DNA of 57,907 nt, the filler included, from Sphacelaria rigidula (taxonomy: Eukaryota): the NCBI GenBank assembly GCA_964200075.2. It is 9 parts of 9 records of this genome, joined end to end, with 100 filler letters (N's around TTAATTAATTAA, not from the genome) between each part and the next. Parts side by side here need not be neighbours in the genome. Positions count along the whole stretch, not along the records: positions 6,447 to 12,792 come from CAXNAA020020632.1; positions 12,893 to 19,237 come from CAXNAA020020633.1; positions 19,338 to 25,682 come from CAXNAA020020634.1; 6 more parts are not named here. The stretch is one strand, 5' to 3'. Below, in pieces: positions 11,960 to 22,737 of the stretch. Every line of letters begins with the position of its first letter. Position 1 is the stretch's first letter. The position numbers and the translations under genes were made by a program. The notes under the pieces were generated by a model. The model saw only the letters and a program-made list of their open reading frames with translations, was not told where the DNA came from and searched no databases.

Positions 11960-12159
11960 GAGAGTGTCGGAAAACGCTTTTTTAATATTTTAGAGCGCAA
12001 ATGTCTCAGGATCAGAGTGCAGAATGAATATAACACCTCATCGAAAAAAAGTGAAGGAGACCGCATTTGACGGAGGAGAGATTTTTTTCTTCGTTACACT
12101 CTGATCCTGAAATATTTGCACTCTGAAATAACAAAAAAAAACCGTTTTCCGAAACGCTC
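11960..12159. mobile_element. MITE with ~60-bp imperfect TIRs, TA-flanked (Tc1/mariner-like), inserted in a LINE A fragment
   Basis: GAGAGTGTCGGAAAACG...AGAGCGCAAATGTCTCAGGATCAGAGTG is mirrored by CACTCTGATCCTGAAATATTTGCACTCTG...CGTTTTCCGAAACGCTC; TA on both sides. Confidence 0.75.
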
Positions 12160-12162
12160 TAT

Positions 12163-12385
12163 AAGCGAGAATACGGTCGCTATTTCAGGAGAAGGGTAGG
12201 GACCACAGACTGTAAAACAGAAAGGGGACAAGATAGATGACATGTTCTCATGTAATGTTTGGCAAAAAATGTCATGGCCGCCACATGTTGGAGTAATCTC
12301 TATTAGAACTAGGAACGGTGCTTCGTCTCGAAAGTGATGTGCGGTCAACTGTCAAATGACTAAGGCGAGCAAAAGATGAGCGCCC
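12163..12385 (+). mobile_element. LINE family A 3' fragment
   Basis: Homology to 9630-9848 and 13280-13500. Confidence 0.8.
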
Positions 12386-12397
12386 TCCGCCTCCCCG

Positions 12398-12792
12398 TAG
12401 GCGTCGGTTGGCGATGACGCTGTAAAACACGCCACTCACTGCGTAAGCTAGTCAACCAGGTTACCGTTTTTTTTACGCGCTTGCGTTTTTTTGCGGTAAC
12501 CATGATGGTCGAGCTAAATCATGTTGTGCGGCGTGGGAGAACCTCAACTCCGCACAATGAGGATGATCGTACTACCTAGTATTTATATGGTGAGACACCC
12601 ATGAGACAGTGTATAAGCCGTGGCTGTCTCTGGAATCGGCGATACCAGAAAATAAAGCAACTCATCGTACAGTAAGCTGTCATCCAAATCCAAGATGATC
12701 AGTAGGCCTCGGGCCGAACAATCTTGGCAGGATGCAGCTCACCCTTCGTGCGACTCGCCGAACACACCACGGCGCTTCGCGCTTGGTGATTG
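12398..12792 (+). mobile_element. Non-LTR family B copy (cut by contig end)
   Basis: Homology to 4091-4605; starts in the C-rich tail of the preceding LINE A copy. Confidence 0.8.
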
Positions 12793-12892
12793 NNNNNNNN
12801 NNNNNNNNNNNNNNNNNNNNNNNNNNNNNNNNNNNNTTAATTAATTAANNNNNNNNNNNNNNNNNNNNNNNNNNNNNNNNNNNNNNNNNNNN

Positions 12893-12955
12893 TGTAGGGA
12901 TGCGAGGTCAATGGTCTTATGACTATGGCATGCATGATCATGAGTACACCCCCAC
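12893..12955 (+). mobile_element. Non-LTR family B 3' terminus
   Basis: TGTAGGGATGCGAGGTCAATGGTCTTATGACTATGGCATGCATGATCATGAGTACACCCCC. Confidence 0.8.
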
Positions 12956-13500
12956 CAGGAAGAACACCTGGAGATATACGGGGGGTTGAGAGAGGGGATA
13001 GGGATGAAAACATTTACATGGCCCAATGGGCGCGGCTAAAAAAGTAAAACTGCGATTTCGGGTGGGGGACCTGGACCTGCCAGAACGAAGAAAGAGATTT
13101 ACCAGTAGTCAAAAGGTGGAGGAAGTAGATGCACAGGACTGCCCCTGTGGCAAAGCAATGGAGGGCAGAACTCATATAGTGGAAGAATGTGAACTATACA
13201 AGGAGGAACGGGACGTGCTAGAGGGGGAAATGCGGGACGTGAACGAAGGTGGCATAAATTCGTTGGATGCATCAGACAGTAGCGAAAAAACGATGGTTAT
13301 ACTAGGAAATAGATGGTGGCCAGAGACGGCGAAAAAGGACGGGGGTAATATATGTAAAAGGTTATTGTGTAATGGATGGAAGAAACGTAATGAGCGCCGG
13401 AATGTTGTAGGCGTCTATATTAGGAGTGGGAACCGTGCTCCGTCTCGAAAGGGATGCATGGTCAATGGTCAAGCGACCAAGGCCAGCAAAAAATGAGTAC
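12956..13500 (+). mobile_element. LINE family A 3' fragment with an open C-terminal ORF remnant (13026-13496)
   Basis: LRFRVGDLDLPERRKRFT...CPCGKAMEGRTHIVEEC...WKKRNER...GCMVNGQATKASKK*; nucleotide homology to 9330-9848. Confidence 0.85.
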
Positions 13501-13653
13501 GCTCGCCTTCCTCGTCTTCCTGCGGTCAATCTAGGTTCCGGTCGGTCCCGCTTCCACTCATGAGCACGCGGCTGCGGCCAAAATTCAGGAGTGTATGCGC
13601 ACAAGGGTGGCAACAAGGGCCTACTCCACTACTGATCTATTCACCAAAAATAG

Positions 13654-13858
13654 GACTACCAACAGCAAGCCCTTTCCGGCCTCTCGGCAAGGTGGCGGTG
13701 ACGCCGGTGTCACCGAAGGGATTGGAGCGGCCGCCACCGGGAAAAAGCGAGACGACGGCGGCGGCGTGGTGGTTGATGGTGATAATGGTAACGACGGTAC
13801 CAATTCGACTTCGTCGCTGTCGCCGCCGTTGGGCTGTACGGCGACCGTCCAGATGCAG
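13654..13858 (+). CDS. Probable internal exon of an unknown, low-complexity (Gly/Asp-rich) host protein
   Basis: AG acceptor and CAG|GTGGGG donor bracket a GC-rich open frame TTNSKPFPASRQGGGDAGVTEGIG...CTATVQMQ; no recognisable domain. Confidence 0.45.
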
Positions 13859-14267
13859 GTGGGGTCTGCGTTGTCACTTGCTTGCTTCCTTGTTTGCCGA
13901 GAGCTGTCGGTCGTACTGTGAATGGACGTAGTACTCAATTCGTATATGGTAGTCTGATTGGTGTACGCATGCATTGTGAGCACCTCTTAACTGCTCGCAG
14001 ACCTCCCACTCCATGTATACATATCTTCCGCCACGGTACCACGTACATTGTCTGAAATAGCCAAGCAGATGAGAATTCATCTGTATGCTTGACCCGGTGT
14101 ATACATACGCGAACATGTTGAGCAGGACTGACAGTTTAGCGGGTGAGTTGTGCAATATTACACAAGCCCTCCGGGGTACCGCCAGCCTTCGGCCGACCGG
14201 TGGGGGCCGTTCACATTTGGGTCTAGGGTAGCGAAAATCACGAGGGAGTTCCAGTCCGTGCCAAATA

Positions 14268-15150
14268 CAGGCTGGTTCGGATTGAATACCCAAAATTTAT
14301 TCCCCGGCTGATGACGAACGCAATACCCAGCCAAAATGCACAAATGTGGTATTATACTGACCACAATGAACAGACAAAAAGGGTGACATCGCCAGATTAT
14401 TGTTTAAGGCTATAGCGGTGGCGATATGTACAAAAGTATGTATTGACCAATCAGCGCCCGTCAAATTGTTCCGAAATTGAAAACACGAATTCCAAGCCCA
14501 ATTTTCACCGAATCTTCACATGCTTCAAATCGTAGTAACAGTAATCAGCTTGGGAATCTAACGGGAGAGACAGAGTTCAAAACGGTTCCAACGGGGTCGA
14601 ATTTTGCCCGAAACCGTGATGATTCGGTGATGTCGAGCTATGGCATCGTCTAATTTCCGCTCATGATATGTACGAAATACCCACAGAGCCTCGTGACGAT
14701 TTCCCTTTTATCTATGGTGAAAAAGCTCAGATCATCCTCAAACTAGGCAGTTCCGTAGGTATTGCTGCTCCAAATGAAAAGATTGTATTCATGGCAAGAT
14801 TTCAAAGTTTCTCCGCTCTGTACCGGCTTCCGGGGGTCCCAGCATAAAGACCCCCGGAAACCGATACAGAATGCCTAAACACCAAAAATTTGACATCTGA
14901 GGGTTAGGTGGTATCCCAAGGAACATGCATATTATTCATCGTTGCTCAACTCGAAAAACTGAATCGGCTGGGTCTTTTACCGTAAAAACAACACTCAAAA
15001 AGGGCGATTCTATACTTCAATCAAGTAATTAGGGGGGCACGCAGACTCCAGCGCACGTTTTGGCATTTTCACACGCCGTTTTTTCGAGTTAGACCACGAA
15101 TAATTGCACATATGTTCTGGAGGGCACTATCTAAAACTCGAAGACCGGGG
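14268..15150 (-). mobile_element. Partial copy of the CAGGCTGGTTC-TIR non-autonomous DNA transposon
   Basis: TA|CAGGCTGGTTC terminus; inverted homology to ~32950-33850, including the ACCGGCTTCCGGGGGTC hairpin at ~14820-14868. Right boundary approximate. Confidence 0.7.
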
Positions 15151-15699
15151 TTTTCAATTTTTTTCCATGTTGATGGCTTTTTATCCAAGGTCGGGGTTGA
15201 TCTACTTGACCGGGGGGGGAGTCAGATCCCAACTTTCTCGACACCAAAACCCAAGATAAAAAAAAAGGCCTTCGAGTTTCAGATAGTGCCCTCGAGAACA
15301 GTGTGCAATCTTTTGTACTTTAACTCGAAAAAACGCCGTGAGGGAATGCCGGGGAATGAAATTGAGGTATTCAATCTGAGCCAGCTCGTAGTTTAGGACG
15401 AAGTCGTAAGCTTTGCATGCAGGCAAGGGATGGCACATCTCTATTTCCGGCGCCCCACCCCTTTTTACCTCACTCCCTTCTCGGGCCTCACAGAAATATT
15501 TCACATATCGGCCGAAACCCCATAAAACCAGTAGAAAGACCTCCACAAGCAGCTGAATTAGCTGGCGGAGTGATCTAGCGTACATAGCTAACTCGCTACT
15601 TTCACGTTAACTGGTCTCACCTGCACTCTTTCGGTGAGCTCCGACGTGGTCTCCAGGCAACACCAAAAGTCAGTCTCGCTGTTCATCTCCTTCCTCACT

Positions 15700-15939
15700 C
15701 AAAATTCGACTTGACGGTCGACGAGGGAAAGGAAATGTTGAACCCCTCTCGCGATAAGAAAGAAAGGCGAGCACCGCAGAAGGAAGGTGGACTACTAAAA
15801 ACAAAAACAAAAAAAACTCCTGTGTTGACTGACCTTCCTCCTGTGTGACTTCGGCTGGTGCGCCCACATATACCGCAAGGTGTAGAACGGCGTCCAGAAT
15901 AGATGGGACGACAACACAAGACAACACAACACAACACAC
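15700..15939 (+). mobile_element. tRNA-derived SINE, 5'-truncated
   Basis: Homology to 3181-3428 with an ACACA-type tail. Confidence 0.8.
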
Positions 15940-18900
15940 TTACCCATGGTCAACTGACATCAGTCTCTCGAAAATAATGTTCATCCTTGCTCCAAGTTCA
16001 GTACCATACGCTCAACTTGTGAACCAGCAAAAGCTCAGGGGTTTGGTCATGTCTGCTAGCTCATTTCTATGGATTTGGTGTACCATCCCACCCATCCCGA
16101 CATATTCGGGTTGAACCATTCGACCGCCAGCCTCTTCTCGGAATAACTTCGTCGGCTGACGGTCCCGGGCTATAGAGGAGCTTCAAGAGGAGATAGGGGG
16201 TGCCGGTTTTCACATAAGCGGGGAATTTTCCGAAGCCTAGCATTCGTATTTCCAGGATATTTCTAGGATAACGAAAAAAGTGGAATGCCGCTTGAAGCCA
16301 AGAAAAACGAACGCCTCTTCAAACAAAAGCAGCAATACGAGGAGATTTGCGCCCTTACAAACTGTCTAATCCTGCGCGCTGTAGGTACAGGCACATTCTA
16401 TCATTAATCGCAGGACACCGGTAGGACTTACGCGATAAATGTTTCGGGGCAGTCTTCGACAACGTACTCCCTTCGCTGTTGTCAAATAATCTGCACCGAG
16501 CAGAGGATGACAATGGACGTACACGCTCAATACCCTGCTACAATCGCGGCAGAGGAGTACTGCGGGAATCAGCCGAAAGCAGTTGACAACCATATTCCGT
16601 CCATTTGTGCGTACCAACCCGAACTTGTCCGGGAGTTCGCAAATGACGCTGCTGCAGTGGTGGGCAGGAAATACTCCCGACCCTTACCCCTCCCGTGCGT
16701 GACCAGGCTCATTGTCTTATGAGAAAAATGACGAACCGCAATGCCTGTCTGGGCAATACATTGTAATTTCGGGGGATGGCGATTAATTGATAAGCTGGAG
16801 AACTGGGGTGTGTTTCGAGAAAAAACTCACTTGCTTGCCACCCCCTCCCTTTATGCGGCGTATCACTATATGTGCGATGCTACCGGGAGAAGTACATCCT
16901 CCGACATCCGACCCCTTTCCTCAATTTTCAGGTCAAACAGATACCCCTTTGGGAGCAGGCTTTCGATAGGAACGACTCATCATGGCCACGGTTCTATGGG
17001 CGTTTGTTTTCTGTGTGTTAACGTGTGAGCTCACAGCAGGTTTGTGGGGGGGCAGGCGTTCCACGGGTAGGTGTTGGTTTCCCATGTGTGACTTGTTGGC
17101 TACCTGCTGCCGCCGTTGTGAGCTATGGGTTCTGTGTGCAATACGCCCGATGCTCAACGCAGATTGCTCGCGACTTCACTTTCACTTCAGGGTGCTCATC
17201 CGCGATACATTCATGCGCATGCTTCCCACCCATCACATCGTGCTGTCGACGGAGATTATCCAAGCATTTTCTGTACAGCCATCCACGCGGTACATGCACG
17301 GTACACCCGTACGTTCATCAGCCATAGATACGTGCGAGATCGCGGCGCTTCGGGATCTGATTGACAAAACTTCTTGCATTCAATTGGCCAGAGTAAACAT
17401 CATGACATACGCTTTGTTGTGGGTTCTCTGGTACGCGGCGAGACACTGGCAGGCGATACTTCACGTGCCTGCAAGTTGATCGAATCATACGAACGGGAGA
17501 AAATGAAGTACAATCGCGAATAAATCTGCGCTCTTTCAGTTTGCGATGACGGTGACGCGGGGTTACCGCTTGCTCCACTGCCAGAACGAAGTATTGAAAC
17601 ATTCATCCCTCATAACATAAAAGTTGAACTCGAGACAACGAAATCACATCCCGCATATTATCAAACAATCGTACCTTGTGGAACTGCTCTGATTGAAAAC
17701 AGTTGTCGTACACCCTCTGTTCCAAGAGCACGGATTGGTCCAAATATATTTTGCAAAACTTGAGAAGCATGAAACGACAAGTCATCACCCGAAAGCCCAT
17801 GACTTGCAACCACCTGCGTGGACGTATGTATACAGTATCTGTCGCTTCGAAACAGCTCGAGAAAAGGGCCTTCAACCAAGGTTTTGTTTTCATCGAATAT
17901 AGACGCCAAATCGCGAAAAAAACAGCGTTGAAATCAATCACGAAAATCACTCAAATGGCCGCAAAATTGGCACTTCAGTCCCTCAAAAAAAAAAATCAAA
18001 GAAACGATCCATTGCTTTGGGTCGGCGAAACTCGACCCAAATTCAGTGCTCTTTGATGAATGACTCAGCGCCCCTCTCAGCGCCATCACGACGTCACGGT
18101 GAAACACGCCAGTCGTAAAAGAAGGCGAAATTGAGGGTTCATGACGAAGTCGTTAAGGCAGCATGATGGTTCGTGCGACTCAAATTGACGGCGGGACATT
18201 GTGAGGGAACGGTAAGTGATACGAATAAGAGAATTGAAGCCGTTTAATCATATACCGCGAATAACTCCGACGCGATAAACGGGTCCTGGATCTCATCTGT
18301 AGTCGTGGTGTTGATGCCGCATGATCGGCATGCACTCCAGCCGATTTGGACCGATTTGGGCGTTTTACCGCACTGTTCAAATTTGAAAAAAGAGTGCATA
18401 ACAGTTATATGATGGATCTTTTTCCTGAGAACCCGGCGGGAAATCTCCCTGGACTGCTGACACGCCAGCATTTCATCATCTCGAGCTCTGAGAGGCCAGC
18501 ATTTCGTCTTGACCTGATTTGAGACTGCATTTTGTGTCCGGTGTATCTATCGAGCGCTGACAGGCCACATTTCGTTTGACTTTAGGGTGCGCGCCGAAGC
18601 CGTGTATACCACTTGGACAACAACTACCCAACATTGGAAATCATAGGCAAAGGATATGCTATTTACTCAGCCCGAAGTTTTTTCCGACTGTCTGATCCCT
18701 CTTGTCCTTCCAGCATAGCTTTCCACTGTAGGGTGCTTGTGGAACGCTAGGCAGCCAGCAGAGTGCAGTAGACTGTGCTCAGTGGATTGCGATGGCACGC
18801 TGACTGTTTCTTGCAGTTGCATTGAGATATTGGTGATGGGAAAACTTCGCATGCATGTAGGGTCGAGTAGCCGCACCAGCTGCAGCAGCAGTACATATAC

Positions 18901-19967
18901 AGTAAAAATGAACTACAGTTGAGGAGATGCGACATGGGTGCAAGATCAAAACACGCTCGACGTGTGTCACCTTCCCCCCGAAAGTAGACTTATTCAGAGG
19001 AGAGCGATAGCACGCTGCCTCTTTCATACCGTTATATTTGGCCGCTGATGAAAAGGCTCGCATGTATGTACGGTAGAAACCGGGTTTTCGCCAGATTGAG
19101 AGTCCAACGATTGATTGAGAGTGAGAACCCAACGGATAGGGAAACCTCACCCAGTCATTGACTAACAGCCGATTTTATATTTTGGGGTTCATACAAAATA
19201 TGGGGCTGAAGTGGCATATCTGTCTTGCACGAAAGACNNNNNNNNNNNNNNNNNNNNNNNNNNNNNNNNNNNNNNNNNNNNTTAATTAATTAANNNNNNN
19301 NNNNNNNNNNNNNNNNNNNNNNNNNNNNNNNNNNNNNAAGAGCCAGTGTGGGCGACTTTCGATGGCAAGAACACGCGCCACAGGTATCAGATGACACCCA
19401 AACCTGAACTGTGATGTACCGCTGACCCTTCTTCGTGCACTGCAAAAAAAAGCGCAGGCTAAGATGCCTTGCAGCCAGATAACACTCGGCAAAAGTGGTA
19501 AAAATACGAAATGATACATGTGCATATATGTATATATATATTAAGAGAAATATGTCGAAAGCGGAGAGCAGGGATATGCTACATTTGGGTATTTCGAAGA
19601 ATCAAACTCTACGCAGTCAAATTTCGGTAGAGTGTTGAGATCGTGTTCAACGATACGCAGATATTGTGCAGAGTGTTGCGACCGTACCTAACTGTACCGG
19701 ATATTCGGGTAGGGTGCGGACATGGGACTATCGCAACACAAAAAGTTCGGGAGAGTAAAACACCCGGGTACTCGCCCTACCCAACACACCTTTGTAGAAG
19801 TTTCTTTGTTGGAATCTTCGTCCGGGTGCTCGTCTTCTCTTCCACCATTTTCCTTTATATAAACGCTGTAGCAAACCACACCATCAGCCGTATCGCTAGC
19901 GCGCTGATAAATTGTCGTCACCTTTAGCATCACGGGATTGTCCAGTGCAACCCTGATGAACCGCCGA

Positions 19968-20170
19968 ATTGATTGATTGGTTGATTAATTAATTGTCGCA
20001 CTTTAACTGACCCCCCCCCCCCCTGCAGGGATTCAGCCGGGATCACATGGTGGACGTGCCGAAGAAAAACCAAAACTGACACATTCGCTGAAGAAAAAGA
20101 AGGAACAGAAAAAGTCGAACAGAACGATATATTAGTCGAAGACGTGAAATAAAATATAATAAAAAAAATC
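19968..20170 (-). mobile_element. Retroelement family C 3' end ((ATTG)n tail on the + strand)
   Basis: TTGATTGATTGG...TTGTCGCACTTTAACTGA...TTCAGCCG; near-duplicate at 20788-20990. Confidence 0.65.
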
Positions 20171-20290
20171 ATCAAAAGCTTAGGGTTAGAGTTAGTATGG
20201 GCGGAAATATGGGAAATTGTAATAGACTCACCGCATTTCCTCCTTGCTTGCTGCCCTAGAAATGGAGCAACGTCGAAGTGGGGGGGGGGG

Positions 20291-20356
20291 CGTACTCATT
20301 TGTTGCTTGCCTTAGTCGTTTGACCATTGACCACGCATCCCTTTCGAGACGGAGCA
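20291..20356 (-). mobile_element. LINE family A short 3' fragment with 18-bp TSD
   Basis: Flanked by the direct repeat AACGTCGAAGTGGGGGGG at 20269-20286 and 20357-20374. Confidence 0.85.
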
Positions 20357-20787
20357 AACGTCGAAGTGGGGGGGAACGAGGGGGGTCAAGCACCCACGTT
20401 CTAGCGCCCCCATTTTCCGAAAAACCATCCCCCGATTGTTCCCAACGCTCACATCATATAAATGCCCCCCCCACCCCAAATCGAATGAACTGGTGGAGTT
20501 ATGCATCCACAAGCATGAAGCATAGCTCCGTGTACCCTACTGGCACACGTTCTACTGCTACTGCTGTATAGGACGTTATTAATTGGCGAATTGTACAACA
20601 CACAGCGCTGTCGTTTTTTCTCGCGTTTTGGGTTTGTGTAGTCGTCGATTGATGGTAGACAAAGGACAGCTGAGTAGTGGTGTTGGCAAACCGCCCCGAC
20701 CGTGCCGATGAGGGCCGGGTGGGTTACAAAGATCGGAGTCGTCGGTGAAAGAGGTTGGGGGCTACGCTTGGAGTCGCTGGTGAGCTT

Positions 20788-20990
20788 TATTGATTGATTT
20801 ATTGATTGATTGTCGCACTTTAACTGATCCCCCAGGGGTTCAGCCGTGGTCTCATAATGATAGACGTACCCAAGAAAAAGAAACGAAATTCAAACACGCT
20901 CTGAGGAAAAAAAGAAAAAAATAGGAACAGAAAAGAAGAAAAGAAAGAGGGGTCGAACAGAACGACGTAACAGACTAAGTCGTGACAAAA
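20788..20990 (-). mobile_element. Retroelement family C 3' end
   Basis: (ATTG)n then TTGTCGCACTTTAACTGATCCCCCAGGGGTTCAGCCGTGGTC, followed by an A-rich body. Confidence 0.65.
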
Positions 20991-21325
20991 AAAAAGCCAT
21001 AAAAATTCAACTAGCAGGGGTTCGCTAGTTGCCGCAGGTCAAGCTTAAACTCGAGGCGAAATGTCTACGGGGCGATTATAGTAGGTGGCGTAGTTCGTCT
21101 CGTTGATTTAGGCACCGCACTCGATCGTTGTTGTGGCCGGCGGTGAGTGACGAGCGCACACGGTTTTGTGTATGCTGTACATAGTGGGGCTGATGTGATT
21201 TGTGAGAGGAGACAAGCTCACCGCTGCGGTTCCGGGCGGACGTTCCGAAACTTTGTTGTTGTTGTCGCTGCTGTGCCGCCGCCGCCGCCGCCGCTGCTGC
21301 TGCTGCTGCTTGCTACGCCCGACAG

Positions 21326-21400
21326 GTTGACACGGTCCTCTTGGATAAGACCGGGACTCTGACGATGAACAAGCCAATCCTCACCGACATCGTAGCGCAC
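21326..21400 (+). CDS. P1B-type heavy-metal-transporting ATPase, phosphorylation-domain exon
   Basis: CAG acceptor, VDTVLLDKTGTLTMNKPILTDIVAH, GTGAGT donor; contains the invariant P-type DKTGT motif. Too short for the ORF track. Confidence 0.92.
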
Positions 21401-22055
21401 GTGAGTAGTAGTCGCTCATGTACATCTACTTCGAAGGACTTTGATCCATCCTCCTGTGGTCTGTCTGCCTCCGGGAAGTTGCCGTAAAGGGGGTGCGTTG
21501 CGCGAACGAGGGGTGAGTGGTACGCCCCGTGTGAGTTCGTGGGTACTTTGTTAATTTTTTGTCGTGCTTTGCACGCCACGCCGCGAACAGACGGCGCAGT
21601 GTCAATAAGTAATACTGTGCTATCATCGGTGTGGGACGGGACGTGACCGTATTGTGTTACGTGACCCATGTTCCGAGTCCAGCGAGATCCTAGATGAGAG
21701 ACAAAGAGGATGTAGAAAATTTGTTTCGCAGTACGGGGCAAACCTGCACCAGAATGGGCTTTCGCGTGTGCGTAGAAAGAAATGTGGGCGGCTAAACGCT
21801 GGTTCTGCTGTCTCCTCAGGGCGTCTGCGGGGTGTCATCGTCGAGAGTTTGGTTAGAAATTTCGCGTCGCCTTCGCGGGATACGAAACGTTCGGGGGCAA
21901 AGAGGCAACAGGAGTGGCTCTTTGCATCTAATGTAATGCGCGGGTTCAGTTTCACCGTTGTGGGGCGAAATTTCTGTACTGCTTCTGGCCACTTTCGGGT
22001 ATTTATGTTGCAGTGTCGGGTACAGTTGAATGTGTCATGAGTTATGCCTTGAAAT

Positions 22056-22350
22056 ACATGATAATTGATGAGTATAATTATTGATGAGTTGGGAGTGGTT
22101 AGGGTTGGATGATTATTTTTTGAATTGGATAAAGTGTTTTTGGAAAAAAGGAACTTTATAATTTATGAGTATAATTATTAATGAGTTGGGAGTGGTTGGA
22201 GTTGGATCATTATTTTTTGAATTTGATATATATTTTTTTGGAAAGAAGGAACATGATAATTTATGAGTATAATTATTGATAAGTTGGGAGTGGTTGGAGT
22301 TGGATGGTTATTTTTTGGATTGGATTATTTCTCTTTGGAAAAAGGGGACA
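22056..22350. repeat. Intronic tandem repeat, three copies of a ~98-bp AT-rich unit
   Basis: ATGAGTATAATTATT.AT.AGTTGGGAGTGGTT...TTTGGAAA occurs three times. Confidence 0.9.
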
Positions 22351-22508
22351 CAATATATATATATATATATATGTATGAAGTTATCTGGAAAGTGCTCAGG
22401 CATCTTCACACCTGAACGTGATCATTTCCGTCGTTTTTTTCTCATGTGCGTTGTGTGTGTATTTGTGTGTGTTTCCTTAACTTTCATAATCATTGTTTTC
22501 CCATCCAG

Positions 22509-22737
22509 GGTCCTGGAAACACGCGCGATTCGGTGCTAGCACTAGCCGCCGCCGCGGAAGCCCTAAGCGAACACCCGGTGGGCAGGGCGATCGTGGAAGC
22601 CGCGCGCGCCCGGGGACTATCGAGGCGATTGCCCAAGGTGGACGGCTTCAAGGCCACCCCTGGGATGGGCATTTCGTGCACCGTGCTAACAGTGCCCGGT
22701 AGCGGCGGGAAGACGAAGAAATCCAAGGGTACGGTAG
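22509..22737 (+). CDS. P1B-type ATPase, N-domain exon
   Basis: CAG acceptor (phase 0), GPGNTRDSVLALAAAAEALSEHPVGRAIV...FKATPGMGISC..., GTGAGT donor (phase 1); SEHP and GxG motifs are diagnostic of P1B ATPases. Confidence 0.92.

Noticed and set aside
12781..12955. Family B appears to continue across the linker
   Set aside because: The contigs are length-sorted and tend to break in high-copy repeats, so the apparent continuity is most likely coincidence.
14815..14880. Helitron 3' hairpin
   Set aside because: The hairpin lies inside an element with TIRs and a TA flank, and homology continues past it.
20188..20195. Telomere-like TTAGGG words (around 20180-20195 and 22100)
   Set aside because: Only one or two units, not an array.
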